The notes under the pieces: generated by a model
Seen by the model: the letters and a program-made list of their open reading frames with translations, nothing else
Database searches by the model: none
Told to the model about the DNA's origin: nothing
Source of the DNA: Hydrolagus colliei
Taxonomy: Eukaryota
Direction: 5' to 3'
NCBI GenBank assembly: GCA_035084275.1
Contig: CM068744.1
Coordinates: 55,180,001-55,244,000 of the forward strand
DNA: 64,000 bases
Translations under genes and position numbers: made by a program
In this document: positions 13,100 through 25,859 of the stretch, piece after piece
Layout: each line of letters starts with the position of its first letter
Position numbering within the stretch: the stretch's first letter is position 1

Positions 13100-13690
13100 C
13101 TTTTGGAAAATTGTCTCACACAATTTGCCAGGAACATACAGCTACAGCTGCCTTATAGCTAACTCCAGATCAATGAGCTGACCTCAAACCCAATACATTA
13201 TTCATGTTTCTTGGATGTTTCTTATACCAGATACAACTGGAATGATGTCCACAGCAGGAGAAAACCCTATTCTTGTGTTCTGATGATAATCAGATGGAGT
13301 AGGATAAAAATAAACTTCTTTCAAACGGTCCAGTTATCGATCAGGTGAACTTTCTGGTTACCGGACTTCAGAATTTACCAATTAAAAGATAGCCACTACA
13401 GTTCATACAACCTTCTGGAAGATATCAGCACATTCAGATACCAGCAGAACCGGTTGCCTTTTTTTTAGTAGCCTGATGTCTGACATATTATCTTGCTTTA
13501 GAGTATAGAAATCAAATTGAGAGTTCCATGTATGCTACCTACACATGGAAATTTCTGTGTCTCCTTGGAGGAACGCACCTTACTTATCTACTTCCAGAGT
13601 CTGTTCCGCACAAGTTGGCAAGAGTGACTTTGGCACCTCAGAGTGTCCATTCAGGGACAGTTGGGAGTTTAACCAGCTAAAACTGCATAT
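13100..13690 (-). mobile_element. Decayed DIRS-like relic (RT to RNase H)
   Basis: Minus strand gives VPKSLLPT, HTWNSQFDF, LKEVYF, DIIPVVSGI, QL*LYVPGK; clear DNA similarity to 23915-24018, 24850 and 25865 (ttagctggttaaactcc; tcttgccaacttgtgc). Confidence 0.55.
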
Positions 13691-13733
13691 ATTGACATTA
13701 AGAGCACAGTTTAGCAAGCAACCTGCAGCTTGT

Positions 13734-13798
13734 CAACAACAACAACTTTGATTTATATAGCACCCTCCACGCCGGACAGCATCTCAGAGTGCTTCACA
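13734..13798 (-). mobile_element. Short LINE 3' tail (second L2-type family)
   Basis: Reverse complement of gcgctctgagatgccgtccggcgtggagggcgctatataaat(ttg)n; other copies near 1181, 14097 and 59518. Confidence 0.8.
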
Positions 13799-14096
13799 AT
13801 AAGCTACATGTCTAGCTAGAACCACCTATAAATGCTTTAGCTTGCAGGGTTAAATATGAATCCTTGCCCTCAGTGCCTCCAACTCATGCCAATTACTATT
13901 ATTGGAAGAAAACTTGAGACTCGTCTTGAAGTAAAGGTTGCTGCAAATGTGAATATCACTTATATACATATGGTGGTAATTTGAACTACTGCTGTTTGAT
14001 TTCCCTTTCAGAACCCTTTTTAAGAGTACATTATCTTTTTGAAATCTATGAGACACCTATGAATGGGAATTGGGAATTTGTTGTATTTGAATTTGT

Positions 14097-14166
14097 CAAA
14101 GCGCTCTGAGATGCCGTCCGGCGTGGAGGGCATCATATAAATCGAAGTTGTTGTTGTTGTTGTTGT
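14097..14166 (+). mobile_element. Short LINE 3' tail (second L2-type family)
   Basis: aaagcgctctgagatgccgtccggcgtggagggg...gaagttgttgttgttg. Confidence 0.8.
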
Positions 14167-14347
14167 ATACTCTACTATCTTATCAAATTGATGATGGTTT
14201 GCTAAACATGACCTTTCAGTTTCCTCTATCAGATACATTTCTCCATATCAGCTATATTTATTATACAATGCTCACCAATAAAAAAGGCATTTTCTGAATC
14301 AGGTCATTCCATTATGTAACTCAATTGTAGAAATTCTCAGGCCTTTA

Positions 14348-14999
14348 CAGTCAACCTTTGCCGAACGCGACTTTCTGGATTGCAAATTCAACTATACACG
14401 AAGACATAAATGCGGCACTTTCTTGCGAAACACAAATAAAATTTAAGTATATGCGATAGCTGGCCCTGTGCGCATGTGCATTTGGGAGGACATCTGCAGC
14501 TCCTGACTAAGTCCGATGATTCCTCGGCTGGCTGGCCCCGGGTTCATGCGCATTTGGGAGGACGCCGGCCCCCTGCACAATGCATACTTGGGAGGACACC
14601 ACCAGCTTCCGCTAAGTCCAATGATTCCTCGACCCCGGAGCAATCTGATGGTATTGCATGGTAAGCAGAAGAGACAGAGAGAGAGAATCTCCTAACACTT
14701 CTAGGACCAAAGGTAAAATAATTTAACCAAGCTGTGGTTGTATAAGGTACTGTTTTATTGTCTCCAGTGCGTTAGTGAGAGCGGGGAGAGTGACGAGCGG
14801 GCATGCCGGCTGTAGCCCGCCTTAGTACCCACCTTGCATTGGTCGGGCGTGGATGTGCCTGGAGGCTTGAGGTTGGATAGCCTGTGGATGGATTCCCCTA
14901 ACCCCTTTTTTCCCATTACTTATTAAGCTTACCGAATATGATTTTACTGAGTGCGCTGTTTTCCAGGAATGTAACCCCTGTGTTCGGCGGGGTCTACTA
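14348..14999. mobile_element. Tc1/mariner (Tigger/pogo-like) non-autonomous element
   Basis: TA flanks; imperfect TIRs cagtcaacctttgccgaacgcg / tgtgttcggcggggtctacta; internal tandem repeat at about 14459-14631. Confidence 0.7.
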
Positions 15000-15434
15000 T
15001 ACTGTATTTTATCATTTTAAAGGACATAAAGATGTATATAGACAAGGATGAAATAATAGATCACATCAACAGAGACATTAATTATTTTTCATGCATACAT
15101 ATTTTTCATATATTTGTCAACATTTCTTCCATTTGCAAGCTCAAGATAAATCTTTAGTGAAAAGGTGGGGGAAAAGTCAATTTAGTTTGTATTTTACTCA
15201 AGATCAGACCTGGCATTAATGACAGTAACAAAAACATCACTGCATCATTGACAAAGGATTCTGCCTGAGACTTTGAGGATTATTGACTGTTCAATCAAAG
15301 TGAAGGAGGAACAGATGCCTAGGAGCATAGAAAGCATTAGAAACCAAATGACATGAAATACCTAGGCAGTGAATCTGTGACTCCTGATGTGAAAGATGCT
15401 ATACAAATGTAATTTACTTTTCGTTGTTGTTGTT

Positions 15435-15712
15435 GTGTCAGCCTAGCTCAATCGGTAGCATTCCTGCTTCTGAGCCAGATGCTTGCAGGTTCAAGCCTCA
15501 CTTTGGGACTTGGAACTCATATACTTTCTTAGCTGACACTCCAATGCAGTGCTGGGGGTGAGGCAGGGGCTGCATTGTTTGAATCACTATCCGTTGGATG
15601 AGACAATAAACCAGGATCCTGGCTGCATAATCAGGTGGACTTTAAATGAACCCATAGCACTATTCGTAAAGGGATGGTAGTTTCTTCAAACGTCCTGACT
15701 AACAATCCCCCA
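15435..15712 (+). mobile_element. tRNA-headed Deu-domain SINE family B (SacSINE1-like)
   Basis: A/B-box-like tagctcaatcggtag and ggttcaagc; core gctgacactccaatgcagtg..ggatgagac..caggtggac. Confidence 0.75.
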
Positions 15713-16559
15713 TATAAAAAATTAAAAATTGATGTGTGGGGGATAAAGGTTGGTAAACCAGCATTCCCTCCAGTACTTGCAGTGGCATATTCCAAATATC
15801 TTCTTTGAAACTTGTCATGAAGCTTTCCCATGATAAATCTGCATTCAACAACTGCCTCCGCATGGCTTTCAAATATGATACCACCCAATCAGCTTGCTAG
15901 TTTCTTGAGATGCATTAAACTGCGCATTGTTGTAGAAGCACAATCATTGACTATTACATATTTGGACAATGCCAGTAAAATGTCCCTTAAGCAGAAATCT
16001 GGGCAGTGATGTGCTTTAGTTAGAGTTTCACTAAAATATTGGTTGATTTATGTGCAACGAGCTGTATGCCAGCCCTTGTAATCTTCTGTCCTCTTTCTAT
16101 CAGATGGGCTGTTTCTGCTATGATCGAGGTGAATGATTATTAATAATTATGCGGCCTCCAGCCTACAAGAGGCTTCATTTTAACCTACCCAAGTGTTTCT
16201 TCAATGTTATTTCAGCATTTGGGAAATCCTTTATCAAATATTAATGAAGACTGCTGCTTCTCTGCTGTGGTCTTCTCACAAGACTGAAGTTATTATGAGA
16301 CTAATTAATCATTGCTAACACAATTAACTCTTAAATAATTGTTCCATTCGATTGACTGCCATCATTTGCTGGGGAACATCTAAATATATTTGGATTACAA
16401 ACAATATTTTCATATAATATTCTCAATTGTGCATTTATGGAATTCATATTGATAAATAATACAATCTTCCTTGGAGCCTTTAGCAGTCGTAGATAAATAA
16501 ATACAGATTACTTGCCACTGATTAGCTAGAAATCTTTTTTTTTAAAAGAACAAACCACA

Positions 16560-16870
16560 GTCCCTCATGGAGCCAGTGGATAAACTGCAAGATTAATCCA
16601 TATGGCAAAAATGATTTCCATACTGTTATGCATAAGACGTCAGCCAGATTTGGGAGTTGGATCTCTACATTTAGCCTCAGCCTCATTGGGTTAGGGAAAG
16701 GAAACAGCTTGAACTAAGACTCCTGACTACTGCCCTGAACCTCCTACTTGGGAGTGGAGATGTTGAGTGAGGATAGGATTGGGCTTGGCTATAAATCCTA
16801 CCACAGTTGAATAACTTGTCAGCTCTTAATATCCCAATTCACAAACACAAGAATGAAAACTCAGGTACAT
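16560..16870 (+). mobile_element. Ancient SINE family C
   Basis: gggttagggaaagg...gtgaggataggattgggcttggct...cacagttgaata. Confidence 0.55.
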
Positions 16871-17854
16871 AGTTCAGCTCCACATTGTCCTTTAATTGTT
16901 TGAGGCCTATAGGAGTTTGAAGATTGGGGGCTTGTTTGCAGGATAAACTTTGTTCCCTAATGGAATGTACCAATCTAATTTAGTTAATGGGGGGGAGCAG
17001 GCCTAACCTCACTCACCAATAAAAAAGAACACTGGCAGGTAAAATAACAGAGAACTGTCAGCACTGAGGAACCAAACTCCTTAATGCAAGTCAGCATCTA
17101 CAGGAGAGGAGAAATACAACAACAACAACAAAATTACATTTATAGACTGCCTTTCACGTCGGGAGGAAGTCCCAAGGTGCTGAATAGGAAAGAAGGGATG
17201 AAATGGTAAAAACAGATAATGCTGAGATGGTAAAGCTTGGAAAGCTGAGATAAGTGTCTGTCTTGCTTTTGTAATGGACGTTTCTAAATGGATCTGTTTA
17301 ACTCTAATTTCCTATGATCTTTATCAAAGCCACAGTTTAATAATAGGAACAGAAGATAAATGCTGTGAGACATTTTAACGCACAATAATTTCATTTTGTT
17401 CTCAATTCCAATCTCACAATCACCTTGAGCGAATGTCTTGGATAATAAAACATTGATTCACTTCTTGAACACAGTAATATTCAGCACTCTGAGACTCTAT
17501 CTGCATGAAGAACACTATAAATGCAAGTTGTTGATTTTAATGGACCATGCAAATAATTGCTTCACAATAAATGACTGAAGAACAAATAGACTTTAATTAG
17601 ACCTTTAATTGTTTTAGCTTCACTTATCCATGCTCTTTTGAATGCATAACCTTTGGTAACTTATGACTTGTAAAGATTTGATCTCTCTAATCAGACCTCT
17701 GATGCTATCACTCCTTTGCCTTCATCTATCAGTTCCACCCACCATAGCAAATAATCTCTCTGTTTAGGTGGCTGGAATGATAAGTCATGTTTCAGTTGAA
17801 TCAAAATGATAAGTCATTTGCAATTGAATCGACCGCTGAATAGTACAACGTTCA

Positions 17855-18010
17855 ACTCAGTCCAGGCTGACACTGCAATGCAGTGCTGTGGGAAAACTGC
17901 ATTGACAGAGGTACTCTCTTTCAGATGAAATGTTAAATCAAGGTCCCATCTGCCTGTTCAGGTGGGTGTCAAAGATGCCATGGCAATTTTTGAAATGAGA
18001 AGTGCAATGT
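17855..18010 (+). mobile_element. Deu SINE family B fragment
   Basis: ggctgacactgcaatgcagtg...cagatgaaatgttaaatcaaggtcccatctgcctgttcaggtgg. Confidence 0.75.
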
Positions 18011-18029
18011 ATTCAATGTATTGTATGCC

Positions 18030-19980
18030 TTTAGCCAGCAGAAGTCAAGTCAAAGGCTATCTTATCGGACAGCAAATGTAATTACTTTTGGGTGAAAAAT
18101 ATGTTGTTTAATGGCACATTTAATTTAATTGAATTATATAATATTATCCCATTAAATTCCAACAGGCCATAACCTGTGAGAGACCATGTTATCTTCAAAT
18201 TTAAGACATTTTTAAAAATATGAAATGTTCTTAAATGCAATCTATATGTAGAAATCCACTCTTTCCAAGAAATGTAGAAAACCACTAATTAAGGATGAAT
18301 TTAAGGAATTTGCACATTCCTGTACGAATATAAATTTGAAAGCAAAATGGTCTATGAGTAAGTGGAAATTTAGGTCTCAAGTATCCTTTAGAACAGTGAA
18401 TTTTTCACCCACTTATTTTAAAAGTGTTTGTAATTTTAAAAGTGTTTGTATTATTATACTACAGTTTGTGAATCTTTCTCTGAATGGTTGTCATCATCTG
18501 TTTGCTAAGTGTTTTCAGTCATTCGGTCAGACATGAATTATGGTGGATGTGGTGGAATCATTTGTGAAGATAAGAATGTAGGATATTCTGTGAGAATAAT
18601 CACCAGTGAGAATTAACATAGCAAATAGCACCCCACCCCGCTCCCCACCATGATACAGGTTACTAGTACAGTACATGGCTGTCCCTTTAACTTTAACTCT
18701 TGAAGGGCACTGGATATATTTCAATTTGTATTGTTATAACGAGAGGAAGAAAAGTATTTTGCAATCTTTCTGTTTCATATAACAAATGACATCCTACCTG
18801 TTTGTACTTTAGTTATAAATTTGCAAGGCTTAAATTCAGATAGCTAGTGATCACAAACAGTCTTGTCAATTTTACAGCAAGCATATATATTTAGGATATG
18901 AATATGATTATATTTCTTACCAGATTCTACAGCAGCTTCAGATCAGGAAATAGTGTAGCTTTGTCATTGTAGTTTGGTTGGAATACTTGTGCAGCAATTT
19001 CCTCATTAATTTTTTGGTTGGATCTTTGTAGCCAGATGCCGATTGTTTTGTCGTCTTTTGATTTATATTTTGCAGCAGTTGCAACAATTGTAGCAGTTTG
19101 GCATACTATACAGTAACTATTCAGTGTGTTAATAATTGGTGCTCTGTGACATAGTGCAGCCATTCTCGACCAGGGGTACATGTACCCCAGGGGGTACAAA
19201 ATTACTTCTAGGGGGTACAGGTGGTGGTACATTGATTTATTTAGCTCTCTTATTTAGTGTTTTATAGCCTTCCAAATTGTATATTTAATTATTATTCACC
19301 TCCTTTTGTATGTGCTAGTTATTTTGTTACATAAGAAAAGCTTGGTCATAAAATGCAAGTGGAATGAGGGGGAGGGGATGTGTGTGTATATATGTGGTTG
19401 GGTAGGAGTACACGATAATGTTGAAAATTAATAAGGGGTACATGACTGAAAAAGGTTGAGAACCACTGACTTAGTGCACTCTTGCGGCATTGATGAATTG
19501 GCTTTGTAGCACAGATGAAATTATTTTATTTTCCATTATTCAGTAACGATTATATGAAGCTCCATCTCATTGGAGTGAAGTCTCTTGCATCGTTTCTCAC
19601 TCACCATTCCCCACATTTACTGCCACCAATATAATAAATCATGTCATTTGCATAGGGCTTATTGGCATGAACAAACACAGTGAGTTTGTGTCATATCAAG
19701 TAATATCTGGTAGGATGCTTCAATTTCCGTCAATAGCTTAAAAAGATCCAGTCAAGTTGAAAATGGAACATGATCCACTTTGTGATAGCTGTGCTCAATT
19801 GTCTTCATCTACAGCATATATACGAAAAGTTGTCTATGGTCAAAGTAATTTACTCATCTTCAAATAAATGTTTTTCCCAAACTAAATCAGCCAATGGGAA
19901 TTTTCTTTCACTGTTCTATCAAACATTTCATGCAAATTACTTGGAAATTACCAGAAAATTACTGAACACCTAATTTCATT
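18030..19980 (-). mobile_element. Decayed DIRS-like relic of about 2 kb, interrupted by a hAT MITE
   Basis: Minus-strand order: DLLYWW, NDAR, FIN, NINQKTTKQS (YINHQGGTRS), ATLFPD, RLFVITSYLN (DLFAS..N), YILIFT, FYISWKEWIS (YR N-terminal Y...W..F..W). Confidence 0.4.
19157..19468. mobile_element. hAT (Charlie-type) MITE
   Basis: TIRs cagccattctcgacc / ggttgagaaccactg; 8-bp TSD acatagtg / acttagtg; ggggtac subterminal motifs. Confidence 0.85.
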
Positions 19981-20510
19981 ATAACAGTTTTGTTCTTAGA
20001 GAATTTGGTGAAAATGTTTACAAATAGTCTGGTTCAGTATGTCACAGGAACTGTCTTATGGTCACACCAAAAATGCAGGCAGGAGCAACATGAATAATGG
20101 TAGTGGTGGGGTATGTAGGGGGAACAGGGATGATGATCACAGGGGAAATGGGGGGAAGATGCATTGTGTAACACTGACCTGCCTGCAGTATCCACCCAAC
20201 TATAGGCAGGCAAGCTTTCAGCCACTCTGCTCCCACTCTCGATAACTCCAACCCTTCCACCTGTGTTTGAGACCACTCTGAGCAACTTCATCCCTTAGAA
20301 ACACAAGTTAAAACAGCATGATGATAGGTTCTCTATAATCAGCCAATGAAATGTGGTTCATTATTTTGCCAAACTATGTTTTCAGGTCCATAAACATGGG
20401 TTATGAACTTTTATTTCTGATGCAAACATTTGACTTGTGAGTCTCTCCCAACATGAAAGACACTGTATAAATGTAAATTTGAATTGTGTTGATATGTAGC
20501 TGACCTAGAG

Positions 20511-20707
20511 CAGGGGTGGCAAACCTTTTGGGTCAGCCAACCAAATATCTGTTCTTGATTAAATATTTCTTGATTTAGGACTGTGCTATAGGCATTGGTG
20601 TCTCTGGATGGAATTGAAGGTATTTGAATTGGAATGGACTTGCCCAAACTGGAGCAAATATTTGATGAGCCACTTCCATTCTGTGGGCCTTTGGTTGGCC
20701 ACAACTG
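20511..20707. mobile_element. hAT (Charlie-type) MITE
   Basis: TIRs caggggtggcaaacc / ggttggccacaactg; TSD acctagag / atctagag, close to the NTCTAGAN preference. Confidence 0.85.
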
Positions 20708-21646
20708 ATCTAGAGATTGGTTCCACAACAATCAGCTGCTCTTTCCTACATCGTCCTAGTGTGTCTAAGAGTCCCCATTCACCATTGAAGGGAAAAGGAC
20801 ATGACAGCTAATTCGGTCTTCACCCGACATGTACACCATGTTCACAGCCAGCAGGATTGCCAAAGTTTCAACTTTGTAACTCAGCATACAAAGACTGATT
20901 AATCATAGTGCACATAGACTCAGGGGTCAATCTTACTCAGTTGGTAGCACTCAAACCCCATGGCAAGTCTTGGATCTCATATAGTGGTTGAGATTGACTA
21001 TCTCAGCGAGCATCTAGTTTCAGAATTTAAACATTCCCTGTCTGTTTCACTCAGGAATTTATGAATAAACTGATCTGTTGAGCGAGAATCCCATTATATA
21101 TAGCATTTTTCCATTAATGCTGTGTTTTATTATGATACTATTCATTCATTTTCTGTAAGACCTACAGACAGACTCAGTCTTCCATTAAGTATTAAGAGAT
21201 CTTTTGATAACATGTATTTTCAAACAAATGAAAACCAGGCTGCTCTGGACATAAATATAAAATGCATAAAAAAATGAGGGATTATCTCACTGTAATGGTG
21301 ACAACAAAAATTCAAACTGAATTATTATCTTTTATGTGTTGAAAGCTTTTTATTTCTATAAATTGTCAGTGAATAAACGATTTATGTTACAATAATGCAA
21401 TTCAGCAGTTAATCGTCATGCTAAAATAGGTAACCCATTGGAGTACAGTTCACTTTAATTCCTACTAATAGAATTATAAAATGTATCCCCCTCCAATAAA
21501 TTAAATTTACAATTTTTAATACGTTTGATAATGTGAGCATTGGAAATAGAAAGCTCAAAATTATCATGATAAATACTGTACATATGTTCTATTTGCATTG
21601 CACTGATTGACTGAACTATTGACTGGAGATTTACTTTATTTTCAAG

Positions 21647-22112
21647 TTGCTCGCGACCACATCACTCCCATCCTCGCCCGTCTCCACTGGCTCCGCATCC
21701 CCCAGAGGATTGAATTCAAGATCCTCATCCTCACTTTCATGGCCATTCACGGCCTTGCCCCCGCATATCTCTCCGACCTGCTGTCTCCCTATCAGCCTGC
21801 CCGTACCCTCAGTTCAGCGGGTTCTGGCCTGCTCCATGTCCCCTGCCCACACCGCCCTACCATTGGTGGCTGGGCTTTCAGCCTCTCCATCCCACAATCC
21901 CTTTGCCTTGCTTCCTCTGTTTCCTCTTCCAGTCTCAAGACCCTCCTCTTTGACTGTGCCTTCTGCTGCCCTCCTAACTCTCCCCCCTTTCCTACTCTCC
22001 TTCCCCCTGCCTCTACCCCGACCCGTCCCCACCTGCTTGGGTCCCGACCTAGCTGTTCTGCGCCTTGGGAGGTGCTCTATGAATGTAATTTTGTTGTTGT
22101 TTTATTGTTGTT
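21647..22112 (+). mobile_element. L2 3' fragment
   Basis: DHITPILARLHWLRIPQRIEFKILILTF..HGLAPAYLSDLL; ttgttgttg tail. Confidence 0.95.
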
Positions 22113-22239
22113 CTGTAATCACCACTGAAATGGATGCATCTTGTCAATTAGGTGCAGGAATTTCATCTTTTATCTCTCTGCCACATTTTTGCACCAAACT
22201 TCTAACAAACATTTCAAAAGGTACTCAAAGGTGCAGATA

Positions 22240-23430
22240 CAACAATAACAACAAAATTACATTTATAGAGCGTCTTTCATGTTGGGAGGATATCCCAAGG
22301 TACTAAACAGTCAGAGGTTGGGACCTGAGCAAGGACGGGGCGGCAGGATAGGGATGAGGGTAGGCAGAGAGGTGGGAGGGCAGCTGAAGGCAGGTCGAAA
22401 AGGAAGGTCTTGAGACCGGTCTTGAAGGCGTCAAGGGCAGAGGGACTGTGGGATCTCATTCCAGAGTGTGGGGACACAGAAGCTGAAGGGCGGGTCGGGT
22501 TGGAGACATGGAGCAAATAGGAACTTGATGCACAGAGGAAGCGGGCAGGTTGGTAGGGAGTCAGCAGGTCAGAGAGGAAGGAGGTAGTATGGCCATGGAT
22601 GACCTTGAAAGTGAGGACAAGGATCTTGAATTCTATACTCTGGCAGATGGGGAGCTAATGGAGCTGGGCGAGGGTAGGAGTAATGGGGTCATGGAGCTGC
22701 AGAGTTTTACATGATTTGCAGCTTGTGAATGCAACAGTTGGGAAGGCCGATGAGGAGGGAGTTTCCGCAGTCAGGCCTAAATGTGACGAATGCATGGGTG
22801 AGGGTTTCAGCAGCCTGAGGGTTGAGGCAGTGACGGAGGCTGGCAATGTTGGAGAGGTGATGGAAGGCATTGCAGGTCGGTGCGGATGCAGGGGAGAAAG
22901 GACAATTCAAAGTTAAACAAGACAACCAGGTTCCTTATTGGCTTCGTGAAGTGGAGTGTGCAACTGTGGATGCTGATTCTGCTTGCGCCCAAGGTGCAGA
23001 GGCGTTAACGTGAGCCAAACAGGAAGTCCTTGGTCTTGATGACGTTGAGCTGGAGAAAGTTGTCCCTCATCCAGGAGTTGATGTCGGACAGGCAATCGGT
23101 CAGGATGCCAATAGTCATGGAGTTGAGGGTGGAGGGAGAGAGGTAGAGCTGGGTGTCATCCTCGTACATGTGGAAATTTACACCATGTCTGCGGATGATG
23201 TCACCGAGGAGCAGCATGTAGAAGGTGAAGAGGAGGGGACCCAGGAGAGAGCCTTGAGGAACACCGAGCAAGATGATGTAAGGCTGGAAGAAAAAAAGCT
23301 GTTGGTAGAGACGAAGTGGGGACAGTTTGAAAGATAGGACTTGCGCCAATGAATTGGGAGCAGAGGCAGTGGTGAAGAGAAATCAATGGCAGATGAGAAT
23401 TGAATGGTCAGATGAGAAATCATTGGCAAT
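22240..23430 (-). mobile_element. L2 RT fragment with 3' tail
   Basis: [41 protein letters not shown]; caacaataacaac tail. Confidence 0.95.
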
Positions 23431-23439
23431 ACATTGATT

Positions 23440-23830
23440 TACTTACATAGATCACCTCTGAGTCACACGGTTGGGAATTGGCACTCACATAGTCTGAGAT
23501 AACATTCCAATGCAGTGTTGGGAAGGTGTTATCCTTTGAATGAGATGTTAACCGAGGTCCAATCTTCCCGTTAAGATGGACATTAAAGATCCCATGTCAT
23601 CATTTCAAAAAGAGAAGAAAGTTGTTCCAGCTATCCAACAATCCCTCAAATAAAATTGATTGTTCTTTTTATGGCTACGTCTGGGACATTGCTGTGCACA
23701 AACAGGATGCTGAGTTCTAGCTACACAATACATAGTCACTTAAATTTACAGTATATGCTATGAACTACATTGAGCCATCTCTATGATATGATAAGTCTCT
23801 ATACCAAATGCAGGAATTACAGTTACTATT
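23440..23830 (+). mobile_element. Deu SINE family B
   Basis: gaatgagatgttaaccgaggtcc..aaagatcccatg..gggacattgctgtgcacaa..ataccaaatgcagg. Confidence 0.75.
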
Positions 23831-23899
23831 AACCTGGCCGTGCGATTAACAAATAGGGTGATGCTATTTGATCCAGCAGGGTGAATTTGCCAGACAATA

Positions 23900-25400
23900 G
23901 TAAGCTTTGCTATGTTAGCTGGTTAAACTCCAGCAGTACCTGCAACACACACTTTAGGGTTTCCAAGCCTTCACTCTCACTGACCTGTGCCTAATGCTTT
24001 CTGGAATTAGGCAAGCAGTAAGGTCCGTCGATATGGAAATTTTCCGATTTAGATATATCGATGGGCTCATATCGAGATATACCGAAATATAGATATTTTT
24101 GGGTTTTTCGTACTGCGCATGCGCGTGTAGCATGCGCATTTGGTGCCTATCTCCTCAGGAGGTACATATCTTTCTCTCTGTGTGTATCTCACACTCACTC
24201 TCTCTATCTCTGTGTTTTTCTGTCTGTGTCTCTGTGTCTCTCTCCTCTCTCACATCCCCCCCATCTCTATTTATCTGTATATTATCACATACACCCCGTC
24301 TCTCCCCCCACCCCGTCCCCCACCGCCGTCCCTCTCTCCTCCCCCCCCCCACCGCCGTCCCTCTCTCCCACCCCCCTGGCCATCTCTCTCCTGCCCCCAG
24401 CCACCCCAGCCATCTCTCTCCCCCTCCCCTCCCCCGCCGCCGTCCCTCTCTCCTCCCCCCCCATGCCGCCGTCCCTCTCTCCCACCCCCCCAGCCGTCTC
24501 TCTCCCCCTCCCCCCCATCCGTCTCTCTCCCCCTCCCCCCCCAGCCATAACTCTCCCCCTCCCACCCCCTCCAGCCGTCTCTCCCCCCTCACCCCTTGCA
24601 TACCTGTATATTGTATTCTAGGACTATGAATACAATATGGTGGCTTTGCACCTCGGTCTGTGGATTGTGTACAGAGATGAGCATTCTGGGTCTTGTAGTT
24701 CAGTGTGCGCGCATTCTGATTTTTTCCCTCGATATATCGACTTTTCAATATATCGATATTTTTGAAATGCCTATATCGGCGTATCGATATGAAAATTATA
24801 TCAGGTTTTAGCGATATATTGATATATCGCCGGACCCTAGTAAACAGTATGTGTTCCTCTACAGAGACAGTAAAAGGACAGAGAAAGCACATTGCATTCT
24901 GGACAAAGAGACATTTCCATATGTAGGTCGGACACGTTTGTGGAACTTTCAGTTTGATTTGTGTAATTTTAAATGCGTTGATGAGTTTCTGCATCTGCCA
25001 GATATTGGATTGACCCCAAAAAGATGTTGGGTTTTCCTCTAACGACTTACCAATTAAAAGAATAGCAGTGCTATATTCTCAATTTGACGTAGACATTGTA
25101 TTTGGCGGTAAATTACAGTGTAAGAACCTTTCAGTGAACCCTACTAAGCACCATTGTAAAATAATGTCTCACACACAAGAGTGGAAAGCTACTGTGAAGG
25201 TATCATATTGAGAAACATTGCCCTTTGTTCACATTGCCTTTATTTTATCAGATTGAAAAGACAGACCTGTGCCACTATAAAGTTAACAAAGATGGATTTG
25301 GTTTGATGCTTCTAATTCCTCAAGTATTTAGTCACCAAAGTCTGTATTCTCTTGTCTTTGTAGTTTTTACACTGTCGATGCTTTGATGGAGAAGGACAGT
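23900..25400 (+). mobile_element. Decayed DIRS-like relic split by the hAT MITE at 24019-24839
   Basis: HTLGF before the MITE; after it FPYVGRTRLWNFQFDL, RYWIDPKKMLGFPL (LRWW.D..N..G.PL), QEWKA, FILSD, YKVNKDG; DNA homology to the 13100-13690 relic. Confidence 0.55.
24019..24839. mobile_element. hAT (TAGGG-ended) MITE, copy 1
   Basis: TIRs taaggtccgtcgatat / atatcgccggacccta; TSD gcaagcag / gtaaacag; many GATATATCGA subterminal repeats; C-rich tandem core. Confidence 0.85.
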
Positions 25401-25859
25401 GAAGTATCAGCCTCTCTTTTAATTAACCAGAGTCCTCTGTGTTTTTGAAGTGGGCAAAACACCTACAGATAATTAAATACAACAGAAAGATCAAGTGCTG
25501 GTGGGTACTTTTAGTTACACTGCTCATTTTTCCCATTGTGAGAGATTCAGCCAAGTAAAATTATGTTATTGCAGTTAACCCTTCCCTGCCAATAGCTTTC
25601 TAAAAGTTCCACTGCTATATTTTCAACAGGAATTTGCAGCTATTGAAATAAATTGGATTGGATAATGAGTGTTGAGATCTAATTTTGTTGTTAACCTCCA
25701 GGTTCACTGCATATTGCACTAAATCCAATGAAGTACTTTGAGATGTCCTCCCAAAGTGGAAGTCACTGTATCAAATCCAAAGATTTTATTATAATTATAG
25801 TCATCTTTGCATTATAACAACCCTTGCATTTGATATAAGCTTGCCCGACAGGCTTCTTA

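Noticed and set aside
13170-13330. Penelope RT-like plus-strand peptide (FLDV..RKP)
   Set aside because: The minus strand has DNA homology to the other DIRS-like relics
18030-19115. hAT (ZMYM1/Tip100-like) transposase reading (LQLLQL..KDD..IWL)
   Set aside because: The DIRS reading explains more colinear motifs on both sides of the MITE; hAT is kept only as a weaker alternative
24061-24994. Long Pro-rich and Gly-rich ORFs (up to 279 aa)
   Set aside because: Produced by the low-complexity MITE core, which lacks stop codons in several frames; not genes
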